A stretch of 62,356 nucleotides of DNA, counting the filler, from Nemertoderma westbladi (Eukaryota; Animalia; Xenacoelomorpha): assembly GCA_032718475.1 (NCBI GenBank). It is 4 parts of 4 records of this genome, joined end to end, with 100 filler letters (N's around TTAATTAATTAA, not from the genome) between each part and the next. Parts side by side here need not be neighbours in the genome. Positions count along the whole stretch, not along the records: positions 57,846 to 62,356 come from JAUCBJ010004216.1; 3 more parts are not named here. One strand, 5' to 3'. Position 1 is the stretch's first letter. Every line of letters begins with the position of its first letter. Shown piece by piece: positions 61,370-62,356 of the stretch. The position numbers and the translations under genes are program-made. Below the pieces are notes generated by a model. The model did no database searches. It had not been told where the DNA came from and was given only the letters and a program-made list of their open reading frames with translations.

Positions 61370-61756
61370 TGATTTGATACACTTTTTACCGAGGTAGAGC
61401 CAACGGCTCCTCAGCTCATTAGAACATGCTGCTTCTAGTGTTGGTCTTTTTATTAACTCCAGAAAGACCAAAATTCTGAAAGTGTCTCATTGGTTCCCCC
61501 AAGCTTGACACTAGAACAAAATCGCCTCCGCTTTGCAGGACATTGCTTTCGCCGTGAGGACCAGCCAGTGCATAATCTTGTACTTTGGCAGCCTCATGGA
61601 GTGAATAAGCATGGTGGACAGCCCATGACTTTCTTGAGACGCATCTTAAAGGACACTGGCCTTAAAGATGCGGATGATCTAGCAAATGTCATGAGTGAGG
61701 GTGATAGGGAGTTGTGGCGGTGCAATTTTGTTGACAAGCCGGCACAGCATTCTTAA
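61370..61756 (+). mobile_element. RTE-clade LINE fragment (different subfamily)
   Basis: RLRFAGHCFRREDQPVHNLVLWQP...DTGL, with upstream GLFINSRKTK RT remnant. Confidence 0.75.
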
Positions 61757-62130
61757 AAATGCAGCTGCAATGCAGCATGCCGATCCTAGTAATTTTAAAT
61801 TACTTACCGTTATACTGTATATTTAGTAAAGGTTTCGAAATGAGTATTCCGATCCGATGCTAGGTTACCTATTAGTGCTCCCGGAAGGGAACCTTGGTGA
61901 TTTTCTCCCTTTAATTTTAATATTTTAATCTGTGTGTTTCCGATTTAAATTTTAATATTAATTGTGAAATAAATAAATAAAATAGTAGTAGTAGGCCAGT
62001 ACAGCAGTACCAGTACTGCAGTACAGTCAGTCAGTCATTGACTTTAAGTAAATACTGCAGTATTATGCTTGATATTGAAGCTGTACTACAGTAGGCCTAC
62101 TTCATACTTATAGTGTAAATCGGTCCTACG

Positions 62131-62356
62131 AATTACCCCAAAATACCCCAAAACACCCCAAAAGACCCCAAAATAGTATAAAACTACCCCAAAATAGTTT
62201 ATAATTACCCCAAAATAGTTTAGAATTACGCCAATTACCCCAAAATACTTTTTTTTGAGCCTATGTTTTGGAAATTTAATTTACCCGGGTCCGTCTAAAA
62301 GCCACATCGGACCCAATCGGTACCACATCGGGGCCACATCGGAGCCACATCGGCCA
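62131..62356. repeat. Short tandem repeats (accccaaaa; cacatcgg)
   Basis: Directly visible. Confidence 0.8.

Overview
AT-rich eukaryotic (animal-like) genomic DNA with three 100-bp assembly gaps, made up mostly of nested mobile elements. The only clear host genes are an intronless eIF5 (59325-60674, -) and a probably degenerate secreted beta/gamma-crystallin-domain gene (53751-55102, +). The most notable structure is a 12.8-kb DNA transposon (30584-43418) with TACGG...CCGTA termini, long repeat-rich TIRs and an exact 6-bp GACATC target-site duplication, which fits IS3EU. It carries a DDE transposase and, convergent to it, an intact 5-exon zinc-ribbon + HECT E3 ubiquitin ligase gene. Its left TIR is split by a ~6.95-kb tyrosine-recombinase (Crypton-like) element that entered one 20-bp subterminal repeat via a GTGTGT direct repeat. 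A second, intronless Zn-ribbon/HECT gene (22730-25045) lies next to a similar repeat-rich terminus and is probably a second such element cut by a gap. Also present: a young non-autonomous BEL/Pao LTR element (Gag + protease kept, RT and integrase core deleted, extra unknown ORF), CRE-clade, RTEX-like and RTE LINE copies, a solo LTR, MITEs, a tRNA-derived SINE and several satellites. Family assignments come from motif recognition by eye; no searches were run.
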